From positions 84,458,239 through 84,522,238 of the forward strand of contig NC_057719.1 of NCBI RefSeq assembly GCF_004010195.1: 64,000 bases of DNA, in the 5' to 3' direction. Below the pieces are notes generated by a model. It did no database searches, was not told the DNA's origin, and saw only the letters and a list, made by a program, of their open reading frames with translations. The number at the start of each line of letters is the position of its first letter. Within the stretch, counting starts at the first letter, position 1. This stretch comes from Chiloscyllium plagiosum (Eukaryota). Made by a program: the position numbers and the translations under genes. Positions 24,748-36,230 of this stretch are shown here, piece by piece.

Positions 24748-26338
24748 TCTTGAAGTCAGGTTGCGTGTGAATGCAGCCCAACGCTGGTGGCAAACTCCAT
24801 CTAAGGCTAAACACTGGCACAAGGCTGATAGTCAACAAGTACCGTAAGAGAAAGTTGAAAAGAGAGTTCAAGAGGGCATGGAACTATGAAGAGGTTAATG
24901 GGTGAGGAGTCAGTGCAGGAGGCCCAAGTCCTCCTGATCAAGGCCTAGCTTGGGGATAGTGTCTTCCACATATTTACGCTGTCAATTAGGAGTTAGATAA
25001 CAGATCCAAGCACTGATAAGGTGCTTAAAAGCACGTTTAAAGTGTCACTTACCTTTTTCTTTCAAACAAAATTCCTTGCCAGAGTGTCTTGAAAGGATTT
25101 TTTCAGATTCTTTTAGAATTCAGAGAAACAGAGAAGCCGTCCATCTTCAAATACAACATTACATAAATGTATTTAAAGAGAAGCCAGACAACTGCATGTG
25201 GAAGAAGAGGGACAGAGGATTGTGCTGATAAAGTGAAATTAAGAGGGGTTCAGCATGTGAATACGTGGTACATAAACACTGGCACCGATGAGTTGCGTCA
25301 AATGGTCAGTTTTTTGTACTGCAAATGTTATGTAACTGTGCACTCACTATATATTAACTGATCAGTATATCTTTCTATTCCTTACTCACTAATTTGTTCA
25401 ACTATTCAGTAGATTCATTGTTCTTTCAGTGAGCCAGCACAGACATGTTAGGCCAAAATAATTTTCACTGTGCTACAACCATTCTTTTCCAATCAACATT
25501 TTCTTGGTTAAGAATATTTAGATGTTCAGGATGATGTGCCTATACCTGCTGTATAGCTTCAAACCTGAAGAATGGCAATTTGGACATGATTGGAGAGTGC
25601 TTGGCACCAGTGCATGTATATTTCAACACAGATCAATATCTTGAGGAAAGTAAAGAGGTGCAACAAATTGGTGCCTGATGATAATCAGAAAGCTATAACA
25701 TTATGTTTTCTATCTCTAAGTTTTTTTTCTCCACATCTTCTCCCCAATCCGCTTAAAGTAATGATTCAGATTGAATTGATATTCTGTCAATTCCAGATAT
25801 TTTTTCTGGAGCTTTTTTATGTTTGAAATCTGAACCTCGATAATGCACTTTAGTCCTATTCATGAAGGAGCAGGAAATAACATGGATAGTAACCATGTCC
25901 AATGTCTTCTCCTCTTTAGACAGTTAAGCTAAAGCAAATTGAAATACCATTCTGATACCTGAACTGAGATCAGCTTACTTGGCAAAGGTTGTCGCTAGTA
26001 TCTTACGGTCTGAATATGGTCTGAATGGCCTTTGCCATTCTTTGGCCTATTTATTATATCTCTTTATTATCCCTCTTGAGCGCATCTATCTTGGCCCAAG
26101 TACAGTGGCATTAGCAGGTTGTCAGACAAAGCCCAATTCCCAAGAGGTAAGCACATATTCCAAGTTGACATTTCAATAAAAGCACAGGGGTAGTCTTGTT
26201 TTGATGGAGGTGCTGTCTTTTTGAATGAGACATGAAACTGAGGCTTGTATGCCCTTTTGGATGAATGTAAAAGATTCAAAGACACATTATTTGAAGAACA
26301 GAGTTGCTGTGATCTTAATATCAATATTGATTCTTCAA

Positions 26339-26472
26339 GCCATGCTAAATTGCCCGTAGTGTTAGGTAAGGGGTAAATATAGGGGTATGGGTGGGTTGCG
26401 CTTCGGCGGGGCGGTGTGGACTTGTTGGGCCGAAGGGCCTGTTTCCACACTGTAAGTAATCTAATCTAATCA
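26339..26472 (+). mobile_element. V-SINE 3' fragment
   Basis: GCTAAATTGCCC...GGGCCTGTTTCCACACTG-(TAATC)n. Confidence 0.8.
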
Positions 26473-27054
26473 TTTAAAAAGTTAAAGAGGATGCGAATTT
26501 GGCAGAGCGACAAGAAACAGATGACAGTGACAAGCAATTTTTTTCTGACTGAAGGAAGGTATTGAATGTGACAGAGGCAGATGTGCTGTTCCTCAACTTT
26601 ATTAAGGTGATGTGATGGTTCAGTGCAGCCATGTGGGATGATGGTGGTGGCAATGGAACAATACTTTGGGTGGGCTCAGATAGCTGGAGCGGACTTACAC
26701 AGCACTGGCAGGTATTATGCCTCGGGGTGTACAATAGCACTTAGATGTTTGCATTTGGAAGTTGAGCCCTTGGCTATTTTGAATTAATCACCTTGAGAGG
26801 ATCTGTTTTTCTGTTTAAGTGCTTAAAAGATTTGGTGTCTGTGAAGTATAAAATCACCAAATGGAGTCATCAAGTGTTCAGTGCTTTTATTCCTGTGTTA
26901 CATTTGGTGCAGTAGGCAGTACTCAGGCAGGCACTGATCCCCTAGTAAGTTATCTTTGTGGCCAGTGAGATCCAGGGCAGTTGCCTTTTCCCAGTACATA
27001 TCATAGTGTAACTCTCAATATCTTTACTCATATTTGAAGAGATGGAAATGCACT

Positions 27055-27452
27055 TGACACAAGAAGAGAGGCTGAATAAGCTGGGACTTTTTTCTCTGTG
27101 GTGTATTTGCTGAGGGATGACCTTTAGAGGTTTATAAAATCATGAGGGGAATGGGTAAGGTGAATAGTCAAGGTCTTTTCCCCAGGGCATTGGGTTATGG
27201 TGAGAGGAGAAAGATTTAAAAGGGACCTAAGGAGTAACTTTTTCACGCAGAGGGTGGTGCACATGGAATCAACTGGAGGCTATTATAATTACAACATTTG
27301 AAAGGTATCTGGATGATACATGAATAGGAAGGGCTTGGAGAGATATGGGCCAAATGCTGGCAGATGGGATGAGACTAATTTAGGATATCTGGTCAGCGTG
27401 GATGAATTGGACCAAAAAGTCTGTTTCTGTGCTGTACATCTCTATGACTATA
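27055..27452 (+). mobile_element. CR1 3' end fragment
   Basis: ERLNKLGLFSL..., CTCTATGACT tail. Confidence 0.85.
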
Positions 27453-28329
27453 ACTGAAACTGGCTACATCACTCATTTGTGCAACTATTCACTAGATAAA
27501 TTACTCTTTCAGAGAGTCAGCACAGACACATTGGGCCAAATAATTTCCACTGTGCTGCATCATTCTTTTCCAATCAACATTTCTTAGTTGAGAATATTTA
27601 GATGTTCAAGATGATGTGCCTACATCTGCTGTGTAGGCTCAAACCTGAAGAATGGCAATTTGGACATGCGATTGGAAGTGGCTGATTGAAAGGATAAATG
27701 AAGGAGCTGGGACTGTGCATCATAATCAGTCAACTCCCCATCTTTGTCCCAGTGATGTCATGCTGTCTATTGGGTCTGGTGCAGCCTTGCCAAATAGTGA
27801 TGGAGATGGTGAAGGGTGCAGTGCTGGCACAATTTCCTGCAAGCAAGGTCATTCATGATTGGGACAGTTTTGGCTGGTTTGTGTCTTCGTAGGGGCTTAT
27901 GCGTCAGGCCACAGGCAGACATTTAGCCTGCTATTTTTATTTCAGGGTTGAACTCTTGGCTGGTTTGGTTTCAGTGGAATAAAGAGTCAATGAACTGGAA
28001 TCTTCAGGCATGTGTGCTCTTTCTTGCATTATGTAATACGGGGTCTCCAAGAACTTAAGACCGTAAAGAATAGGAACAGCAGTAGTTTGTTCAGTCTCTT
28101 GATTCTGCTTCACTATTCATGGCTGATCGACATTCCTCATACCAATTTCCTGCATTTTCCACATAACCATTAATTCCCTGAATGACGAAGAATTTATCAA
28201 TTTCAGCCTTGACTGTTTTAATGATCTATACTAATCGATATAAATGAATGGAGCACCATTTCAAAATTTGAACTTGGAAGTATTGCGAACTGAATGATAG
28301 TGATAGATCTCAAAGACATTTTGACGTAT

Positions 28330-29135
28330 TGATGGCAGATTGAATCCAATGCAAGGAAATGTGAGCTGATGCATTCCAGCCAAAAGAAAGATGGGTGACA
28401 GTTTAAAACAAAGGATAAAGTTCTAAGAAGGAGTGTAGGAACAGAGGAACCTGGGAGCATGTGTGCACAAATTATTGAAGGTGAAGAAGGGGAAGAGAAA
28501 GTAGTCAATTTAGAGTAAGCGAACCCTTTATAAATAGTGACATCAAGTACAAGAACAAGGAAGTTGCAGTGAATGTTTGTAAAACACTGGTTCTGCCTCA
28601 GCTCGAGTATTGTATTTAATTTTGAACACCACTTTTAGGCAAAATCTGAAGGTTTTAGAGGTGATGGAAACAAGATTTACAAGAATGGTTTCAGGAAAGA
28701 GGAAGTTCAGCTACATGGATCGAAGCTGGGGGCTGGTTTCTGAGAGAAGGTTGGGCAGAGGTTACTTTGAGGCATTCAGATTCATGAGGGGAAAAGTCGA
28801 TGGGGTGAAACTGTTCCCATTCATGGCAGAGAACCAGAGGACACTGATTTAAGGTGACTGTTGAAAGAACCAAAGGTAACATAGGGAAAACGTTTTTATG
28901 CACCGTGTGGTTAGAAGCTGGAATACACTGCCTGTGAGTGTGATGCTGTCAGATTCAATCATTTCCATCAAAAGGAAAGTGGGTAATCATCCAAAGAACA
29001 TAGATTTCAAAGCTGCGTTAAAATATTGAGGGAGGTGGGACAGACTGAGTAGCTCTTATGGAGAGCTGATACAGACATGAAAGACTGAATGGTCTCCTGT
29101 GATGTAACCATACAATGACTGTATGGATCCTATGA
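28330..29135 (+). mobile_element. Old CR1 3' fragment
   Basis: LV.PQLEYC, RFTRMV motifs. Confidence 0.65.
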
Positions 29136-29257
29136 TCTGTTCATTATCTTATTACTGTGGAACCTTGCCGTTACACTCATTATATACAATTTGTTTAGAA
29201 CGTTCCGAGGCCAGAATACAAATTAAAACTCTTTCTTTTTTATGTTTCCATATATAG

Positions 29258-29432
29258 GGAATTACTCAATCTGGAAATAGGCACCTTGAGTTACCCAAAC
29301 AGTTATCAAGTAAACACTCCTAAAGAAGAGAAAATGCTCCAATATGCTGAAAATTTCAGACGACAGTATATTTATCTATACCCAGACAGAAAACCACTGC
29401 TTCTTAATCCACTCAATGAATGTCGAGTTGAG
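29258..29432 (+). CDS. DRC7: DRC7 coding exon 2 (ELLNLEIGTLSYPNSYQVNTPKEEKMLQYAENFRRQYIYLYPDRKPLLLNPLNECRVE)
   Basis: Resembles recalled vertebrate DRC7 (SYKTNTPKEE..NFSRQY..PDR.PL.L.PLNEC); AG at 29256-29257, donor GAG|GTATTT. Confidence 0.93.
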
Positions 29433-29779
29433 GTATTTATTTTACTGAGAGTTTTAATGTTAGGAAATAAATGTTGAATAGACTATGGTCTTACAATTTA
29501 ATTGTAAGTCTTAAAATAAGTTTTGATTGTTTTCTCCTAACCAATGAATGACCAAACTTCTGCATTGTACAATTTTGTTTCCTGTTCTGCTGACAGCATT
29601 ATCTTCTCATGGCTCTTATTCCCCAGGTCCTAACACCCAAGTGCCCATAATTCACTTGAGTGCGTAAAGTGAATGTTATCAGACACTATAGGAAGCACCA
29701 CCACAGAGCTGCATCATTTCATCTACATACGTTATTCATCATGGGCCTTTCAATCAGGATCAGGATCAGAAACTTTAGT

Positions 29780-30260
29780 TGAACATTTGTTTCTTTCCCA
29801 GATGAAGAAATTGAGAAATTTGGGCTTGTCCATTTGGCAGAAAGAATAGAACAGCAGTACACAATTTCAATGGAGAAACATTTACAAACTCAGGTTTACA
29901 CATGGATGGATCTAGGTGTCCTAGTACATGAATCACACCAAGTTAGTATGCAAGAACAGCAAGTGGTTATAATGCACATGGAATGTTGTTGTTTATTGAA
30001 ATTAAAGTGAAACGTCAAAATAGGGAAGGTTTTGCTGCTGTTGGCAGCATTGGTGTGACCATATCTGGAGTACTGTACAGAGCTTTGGTCTCTCTATTTG
30101 CAAAAATGGTGCAATTGATTTCGAGGCAGTTCAGAGAAGATTAGCTCGATTGATTCCTGGGATGAAGAGCTTATCTTATGAAGAAATGTTGAATAGGTCA
30201 GTATTTATTGGAATTTAAAAGATTGAGAGAAGATCTTATTGAAACAGATAAGATGAGGTC
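29780..30260 (+). mobile_element. Old CR1 fragment
   Basis: DLGVLVHES, LV.PYLEYC, LIPGMKSLSYEE motifs. Confidence 0.6.
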
Positions 30261-30316
30261 TGCCCACTCACCCGTATTCCATCCTGCCTGCTTGCCAATC
30301 TATCCTGTACACACTT

Positions 30317-33300
30317 TTAAATAACTCCTTAGAGGCTGATATCCCACCACCAAGTCACACTTTATTTACACACACATAGTACTCGACATCAGTCCGGCTT
30401 CCTCAGAGCCAGCTCAGAGTGAACAGAACCTCTGACATTCCTGTTTATTTTGGTCAACCAGGGCTCCCTGATCGGAAATGTTAACAGCCCCAATCATTTC
30501 ATATTCTATGAGCTCCATCTGGCAGAGCTCATTACAATCACTGCATCTCTCCTCCTCTAAGTCCAGGGATGTAGGCCTGTTCTTTTTCTTATAACCTGTT
30601 CAGGGGCGTTTTTCATATTAGGTCCAATTCCTCCGACTCAGCCTCGGATATGGGCAGCATGTACTGGACCGTAGTCTGTCTCTTGTGCTCGGAGTATTTT
30701 GGAAGAAATTAATCCCTTTCTTCAGGCGGTAAATGTGTTGAGACTGCAATATCCACTATGTCCATCTCAGACTGAGGTCTCCTCAATACTAGATGGAAAG
30801 GGAGAACTCATAGGTTCTGACAGCTATTCTGGCTGTTCTGAGGGGCCATGTGTGTTTGCACCCATTTGCGAGTTAGCAGCTGTCGTGTGTGGTCCCCAAG
30901 CTTGTTCAGGGCCGCCTCATGTACCAGAACTTTGTACTTCACAGGACCTGACTTCACGTCGGTCATGCCTCTTACCTACTCACAGTCATCTCTGTGGTTT
31001 CGGCACCAAACTTCGTCCCCTGAAATAAACTGTCTCTCTTGCTTCAAGGAATCTTACGTCTGGTATTGGCATTCCTAATGGTGTTTCACCCTCCCCCTCC
31101 ATGTCCAGGAAGATCAGATTTAACCTGGTGTGGGGTCTTCTCCCTATGAGCAACTCTGCTGGAGCTTTCCCTGTGGTTGTATGAGGCGTGGGCCAGTAAT
31201 CAAATAGGAACTGGGGCAGTTTTGTATCAAGTGAAGCTGTAGGTCGTTCCTTGAAGCCTGCCAAGCCATTGGTAGGCTCATATGCCGAATGCCATCTGAC
31301 CTAAGGAAATACTCAAATTCACAGCTGATAAACGATGGCCAAACCTTCCAATAGCTGGTGTACTGCAAAAGATGCTTGTAGCTTTTCTATTGTCATCCCT
31401 GTGTTTGACAAATGAACCCTGTGCATGTACAACCACTTTGAGCGGGTTCCCATGTTGAGCCCATGAGAGGACTTGCTTAGTTTCAGGGTTTACCTGAACT
31501 TTCCTACAAACGTGGGAGAGCTTCAGGCGGTAATTTTTGTCCTTGTTGGCCCTCTGGGCACAGCTGTACCAATGTGGCAATGCATCCAATCCAGCCACTA
31601 GACATAGCTTCTTGCCAACATCCTCAGTTTGGAAACCCCTGCATGACCCTGGTGGAGTTCAGTCAGTATCTGGTGGTGACCTTTGTTCAGGACAACCACT
31701 CTTGCTCCCCATAATAATACACCATTCTCTTCCAGTGATCTGGTGTCACTGGGCTCAGAAAGGTTTCCATTGTGGTTGTGATGGACCTTTACCCCCTTCA
31801 CCACCAGCTGTTTCAGTTTTGCCAGGACCAGATGTTTTATCTCCATAGTCTGATATTGTCAGTGGTTCCCGGAAGGATATCCAGAAAGTTTAAAACCAGA
31901 ATGGAATCTTTCAGTGGTGGCACCACCAGTGATGTATTTGCCAATGAGAGGCAGCTCAAGACATCTGCATTTGCAACTTGGCCTCCAGAACTGTGTTCCA
32001 ACTTGTGATTGTATGTACTTAGTATGAGAGCCCACCGCTGCATTCAACCTGAAGCTATGGGTGGCTGGGCCTTGTTGTCTTTCTGTAGCCCTAGCAGGGC
32101 TTTTTGGTCTGTTACTATGACAAATGTAAGTCTGTAAAGGTATTGGTTGAACCTGCCGCCAAACCTCCCTTCTCTGTCTGGGTGTATTTGCGCTCTGCAT
32201 CAGCCAAAGTCTGAGAAGCAAACCTATTGGGCCATCAGTTAGCCAACACTACCCCAATCCCCTAGCACAAATCTATACTAGGTCTCACTTGAGATCATAG
32301 TGTATCAACACCCTAGACAATGATAGCTGCTTCTTCACTTCCCTAAAGGCTACCTTTTGGCTATGAGACCATTTCCAAGCTTGCCCCTTTTGCAATAGCA
32401 GGTGTTAGGGTGACAGGATGTAGGGCAGGTTAGATATGAACCTTCTGCAATAATTTACCACTCCAAGGAAAGATCTTTGCTCCAGCATGGACATGGAACT
32501 GGGACACCTTTGATTATCCTCACTTCTCTTCCAACAGGTGCAACCGGGTCTTCTCTACTCTGTCACTCAAGTAGGTCACTTGGGGTGCCTGGAAGACATT
32601 TTTCCCTTTGAAGGCATACACTCACCTTGGAGAAATGTGTAAGGACTAAATCTGAGTCCTCTAAATGCTCTTTTTTGATTTTCTCTGTTATTAGCATGTC
32701 TTCCAGATAAATGGTGACCTGGGGTAGACCATGTAAAATGTTCTCCATCTTTCGCTGAAAAATGGCACAGGCTGATGATACTTCAGATAATAGTTTCATT
32801 TATTTGCATAACCCTTTGCGGTTTGTTTAAAACACCCACAAAAATGAATCGACCTGTCAGGCTTCACAATCAGTATGACCGGTGTTGCCCATTCCACAAA
32901 CTGTTGTGGTTTGATAGTTTTATTCACTTTGCAGCCTTCTGATGTCTGCCTGTACTTTTGAACATAAGGCAAGTGACAATGGGCAGGCCTTGCAGAATTG
33001 TGGAATTGCAAGGTGTCGAGCAAGTCAAGCTTCCCAAGTAATGGCACGATTCCAGAAATGCTTACCACAATTCAAAAATGAGTATTTCCAGTGATTTTCT
33101 TCAGGAGCATACTTTTTCTCTCATCACTTTGCAAGGAGTTCTTGGCTGCTTTGATAGTCCCGAGACATCCTTGAAAAATGTCCGGGTATTTAATTAGGAC
33201 TTCACTCAGGCAGCCATTTTCTAATCGAAAGATGTTTAAACAAACGAGGTGAATATTTCTCAACCAATTTTGCCCCGTCAGGCTTGGGCCTGAGACTTTT

Positions 33301-34949
33301 ACTACAATCGCTAGTAACTGAACCGGCTGCTTTTCATACGAGACCAGAACCGAAGTTATATCCTTGATCTGTAAAGGTTCCCTGTTAAAGGTTCTCAGTC
33401 TAGCCAAGGTCTTACGCAATCTAAAGGGTTAGCGCCCAGAGTGAATATTATTAAAGATTGGTTCTGCAATCACTGATACCAATCTCCATTAGAACTGGGT
33501 GACCATTTACCTAGGCATTTATTTTGATTGGCTCTGATTTGGATGTTGCGAAGCAATTTAGCTGTTTCAAGATAGATGGAGATGGGCTTTCCAGGGTGTG
33601 CACTGTCCTGAATATGGGTCATAAAGTCATAGAGTCATAGAGATGTACAGCATGGAAACAGACCCTTCGGTCCAACCTGTCCACGCCGACCAGATATCCC
33701 AACCCAATCTAGTCCCACCTGCCAGCACCCGGCCCATATCACTCCAAACCTTTCCTATTCATATACCCATCCAAATGCCTCTTAGATGTTGCAATTGTAC
33801 CAGCCTCCACCACTTCCTCTGGCAGCTCATTCCATACACGTACCATCCTCTGCGTGAAAAAGTTGCCCCTTAGATCGATGAGTTCTCTTACTCAATTCAG
33901 GCCTAGTGGAACTCTTTTTCTGTCTCGAGTCCACAAACTGGCAGCAACTGGCTTGCTTGCCTCAATCCTGAAGAAAATGTGAACCATTTGGCCAAGGATT
34001 AACTTTGTTTCAGGGTTTAACTGTGGGCTGGCTTTGAGTCCCTCTATTCAGGACATGTCCTGAGTGAAACTATGCAATTGCCTTCATTCAAGTGATATTC
34101 CCCAGTTGGCCTGGCGAAGGTGTACACTTCTATTGGCATACCCTATAATTCTACTTGTTGCATTTTCTAATGACAAAGCCAGTTGAAGTGCCTGTTTGAA
34201 GCCAAATTGAGCTTCAACTAGTAGTCACTTTTGCATGGTTACATCATAATCTCTCATTCTGAACTCAGGATCTCATTAAGGATTAAACCAGTTACATGCC
34301 TCTACCAGTCATCTTAACCTTGTCAAAAATCCTGACACAGATTCCCTTTGTTTTGTACTGCTGAGTAAAACCAATAGCATCTAAGAATTAGAGGAGCCTT
34401 TGGGTCATAATATTCCTTAACTAATTCTGTCAATTCTTGAAAGGCTTTAGCATATGGGGCTTCAGGAAGCATTAGGTTCCTAATAACTGAAAAAGCTGTG
34501 GGTTCCACAAGCTGTCAAGAGAATAACTTGTTGTTTTTCATCTGCCCCAAAGTCATTTGCCCAGAAATAATAATGCATTCTTTCCACATACGGGGCCCAG
34601 TCTTCGATGGCAGAATCAAACAAATAACAGTATGATTCCAGAAATGCTTACCACAATTCAAAGATGAGTATTGTGAGTGATTTTCTTCAGCAGAAAGCTT
34701 TTTCTCTTGTCGCCACTGAAATAGCTCCATAGAAGCTGGTATCCTATCATTAAGTCACCCTTTATTTAGATGTGCATATTGCGTGTATTGGTCCAGCTAC
34801 CTCAGAACCAGCTTTCAGAGTGAACAGAACTTCTGACACTCCTGTTTATCTGTCAGCCAGGGCTCCCCGATCGGACAAGGTTAACAGCGCCAATCAGGGA
34901 ACTCGTATTCTATGAGGTCCAACTGGCTGCCCTTGGTACAATCACTACA
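30317..34949 (-). mobile_element. Decayed Gypsy/Ty3 LTR retrotransposon (Mag-like) with both LTRs
   Basis: LTRs at 30317-30545 and 34717-34949; 5-bp TSD CACTT (30312-30316, 34950-34954); PBS TGGCGAC next to the 5' LTR; PPT at about 30546-30558; gag-PR-RT (EWATPV..VKPD, IYLEDML)-RNaseH-IN (ELHQGH.G, TPHTTTGKAPAELL.GR) order, heavily frameshifted. Confidence 0.92.
33620..33873 (-). mobile_element. Young CR1 3' fragment nested in the Gypsy element
   Basis: Near-identical to 6052-6295 and 13626-13870; AGTCATAG tail. Confidence 0.9.
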
Positions 34950-35048
34950 CACTTAATTGATATTATTTACTTCTTACAAAGAAGCTACAAGATATTTAAA
35001 CCCAGTGCTTACCATAATACACTAGCTTGTGCTGTACAAATGGGTTTT

Positions 35049-35305
35049 CATAGAATCGTAGAAGCCCTACAGTGCGGAAGCAGGCCATTCGGCCCAACGA
35101 GTCCATACTGACCCTCTGAAGAGCATCCCACCCAGACTTGTTCCCCTACATTTCCCCTGACTAATGCGCCAGTGGTGAAAGTGAGAACTGCAGATGCTGG
35201 AGATCAGAGCCTAGATTAGAGTGGTGCTGGAAAAACACAGCAGGTCAGGCAGCATCCGAGGAGCAGGAAAATCGACGTTTCAGGCAAAAGCCCTTCTTCA
35301 GGAAA
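35049..35305 (-). mobile_element. V-SINE 3' fragment joined to a Penelope-type hammerhead tail
   Basis: SINE tail 35049-35168; tail element 35175-35305. Confidence 0.7.
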
Positions 35306-35591
35306 GCTCTGTGGACCCAAGGACGCTGTATTCCTTGTCGAAGGTAAGCTTAATTCTCTGGTTGTGGGAGGGCAGAGCTCAATGTGTTTTGCGACCTAAG
35401 GCCCAATGTGATTTCAAATGACAGCAGCAGTCCTTCAGTGTGTGTTAACATATTGTAGCCTGTAGAATGGAAGGAAAACAAATGATAAACCACCCAGTGA
35501 ATGATAATGGATGCATTTAAGTTTAGTCCTTTTGTAATAAGAAATAATGTGAATAAGCTAACAAACTAATTTTATTTCTTTTTGTCAACAG

Positions 35592-35717
35592 AAATTTGTA
35601 AGCACGACACTCCGCCCAACATTGCTGAAGCACGAGGATCTGTACAACTGGAAGGACTGTGCCCAATTCGTGGCTGACTTTCTAATAGTAGATCCTTTAG
35701 ATCCTATCAATGATGTG
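35592..35717 (+). CDS. DRC7: DRC7 coding exon 3 (KFVSTTLRPTLLKHEDLYNWKDCAQFVADFLIVDPLDPINDV)
   Basis: KFVSTTLRPT..LYNW..CAQFV.DFL motif; CAG acceptor, GTG|GTAAGA donor, 126 nt, phase 0/0. Confidence 0.95.
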
Positions 35718-36017
35718 GTAAGAAAGTCCACTTTGAAGGGGAAATTTGCTCTCCTTTTGAAAATGTCACCAGTGGGGAACAGCAAATTTCTCAGTGAGCA
35801 ACAATTTTCAACAATGATGACAAGAACTTGCTTTCTCAACAGTGCTTTTAATATTTAAAAGGTCATTTCTGAGTGGTTTGAACAAAGAATCCTTGGCAAA
35901 CATGAGTTGCGGGGGGGGAAAACAAAACAATGCTTAAAAAAAAATTCTGATTAGGGAGTTGAGGCAGCGGGGAACATGGAGTTAGAAGAGCAAAGGATTC
36001 ATGCAGAATACATCATT

Positions 36018-36230
36018 CTGGATCAGTGATGCTGGAAGAGCACAGCAGTTCAGGCAACATCCAACTAGCAGCGAAATCGACGTTTCGGGCAAAAGCCCTT
36101 CATCAGGGAAGGGCTTTTGCTCGAAACGTCGATTTCACTGCTCGTTGGATGCTGCCTGAACTGCTGTGCTCTTCCAGCACCATTGATCCAGAATCTGGTT
36201 TCCAGCATCTGCAGTCATTGTTTTTACCTC
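36018..36230. mobile_element. Young palindromic hammerhead cassette with 14-bp TSD
   Basis: Near-perfect inverted arms of about 85 bp; CAGAATACATCATT at 36004-36017 and 36231-36244. Confidence 0.88.
36074..36108 (-). ncRNA. Hammerhead ribozyme core inside a palindromic cassette
   Basis: Minus strand CTGATGA-A-GGGC(TTTT)GCCC-GAAA-CG-TC. Confidence 0.65.

Larger units (their letters stand above)
25386..27676 (+). repeat. About 205-bp direct repeat pair (25386-25594 and 27469-27676)
   Basis: Shared blocks such as CATTCTTTTCCAATCAACATTT and CAAACCTGAAGAATGGCAATTTGGACATG. Confidence 0.8.
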
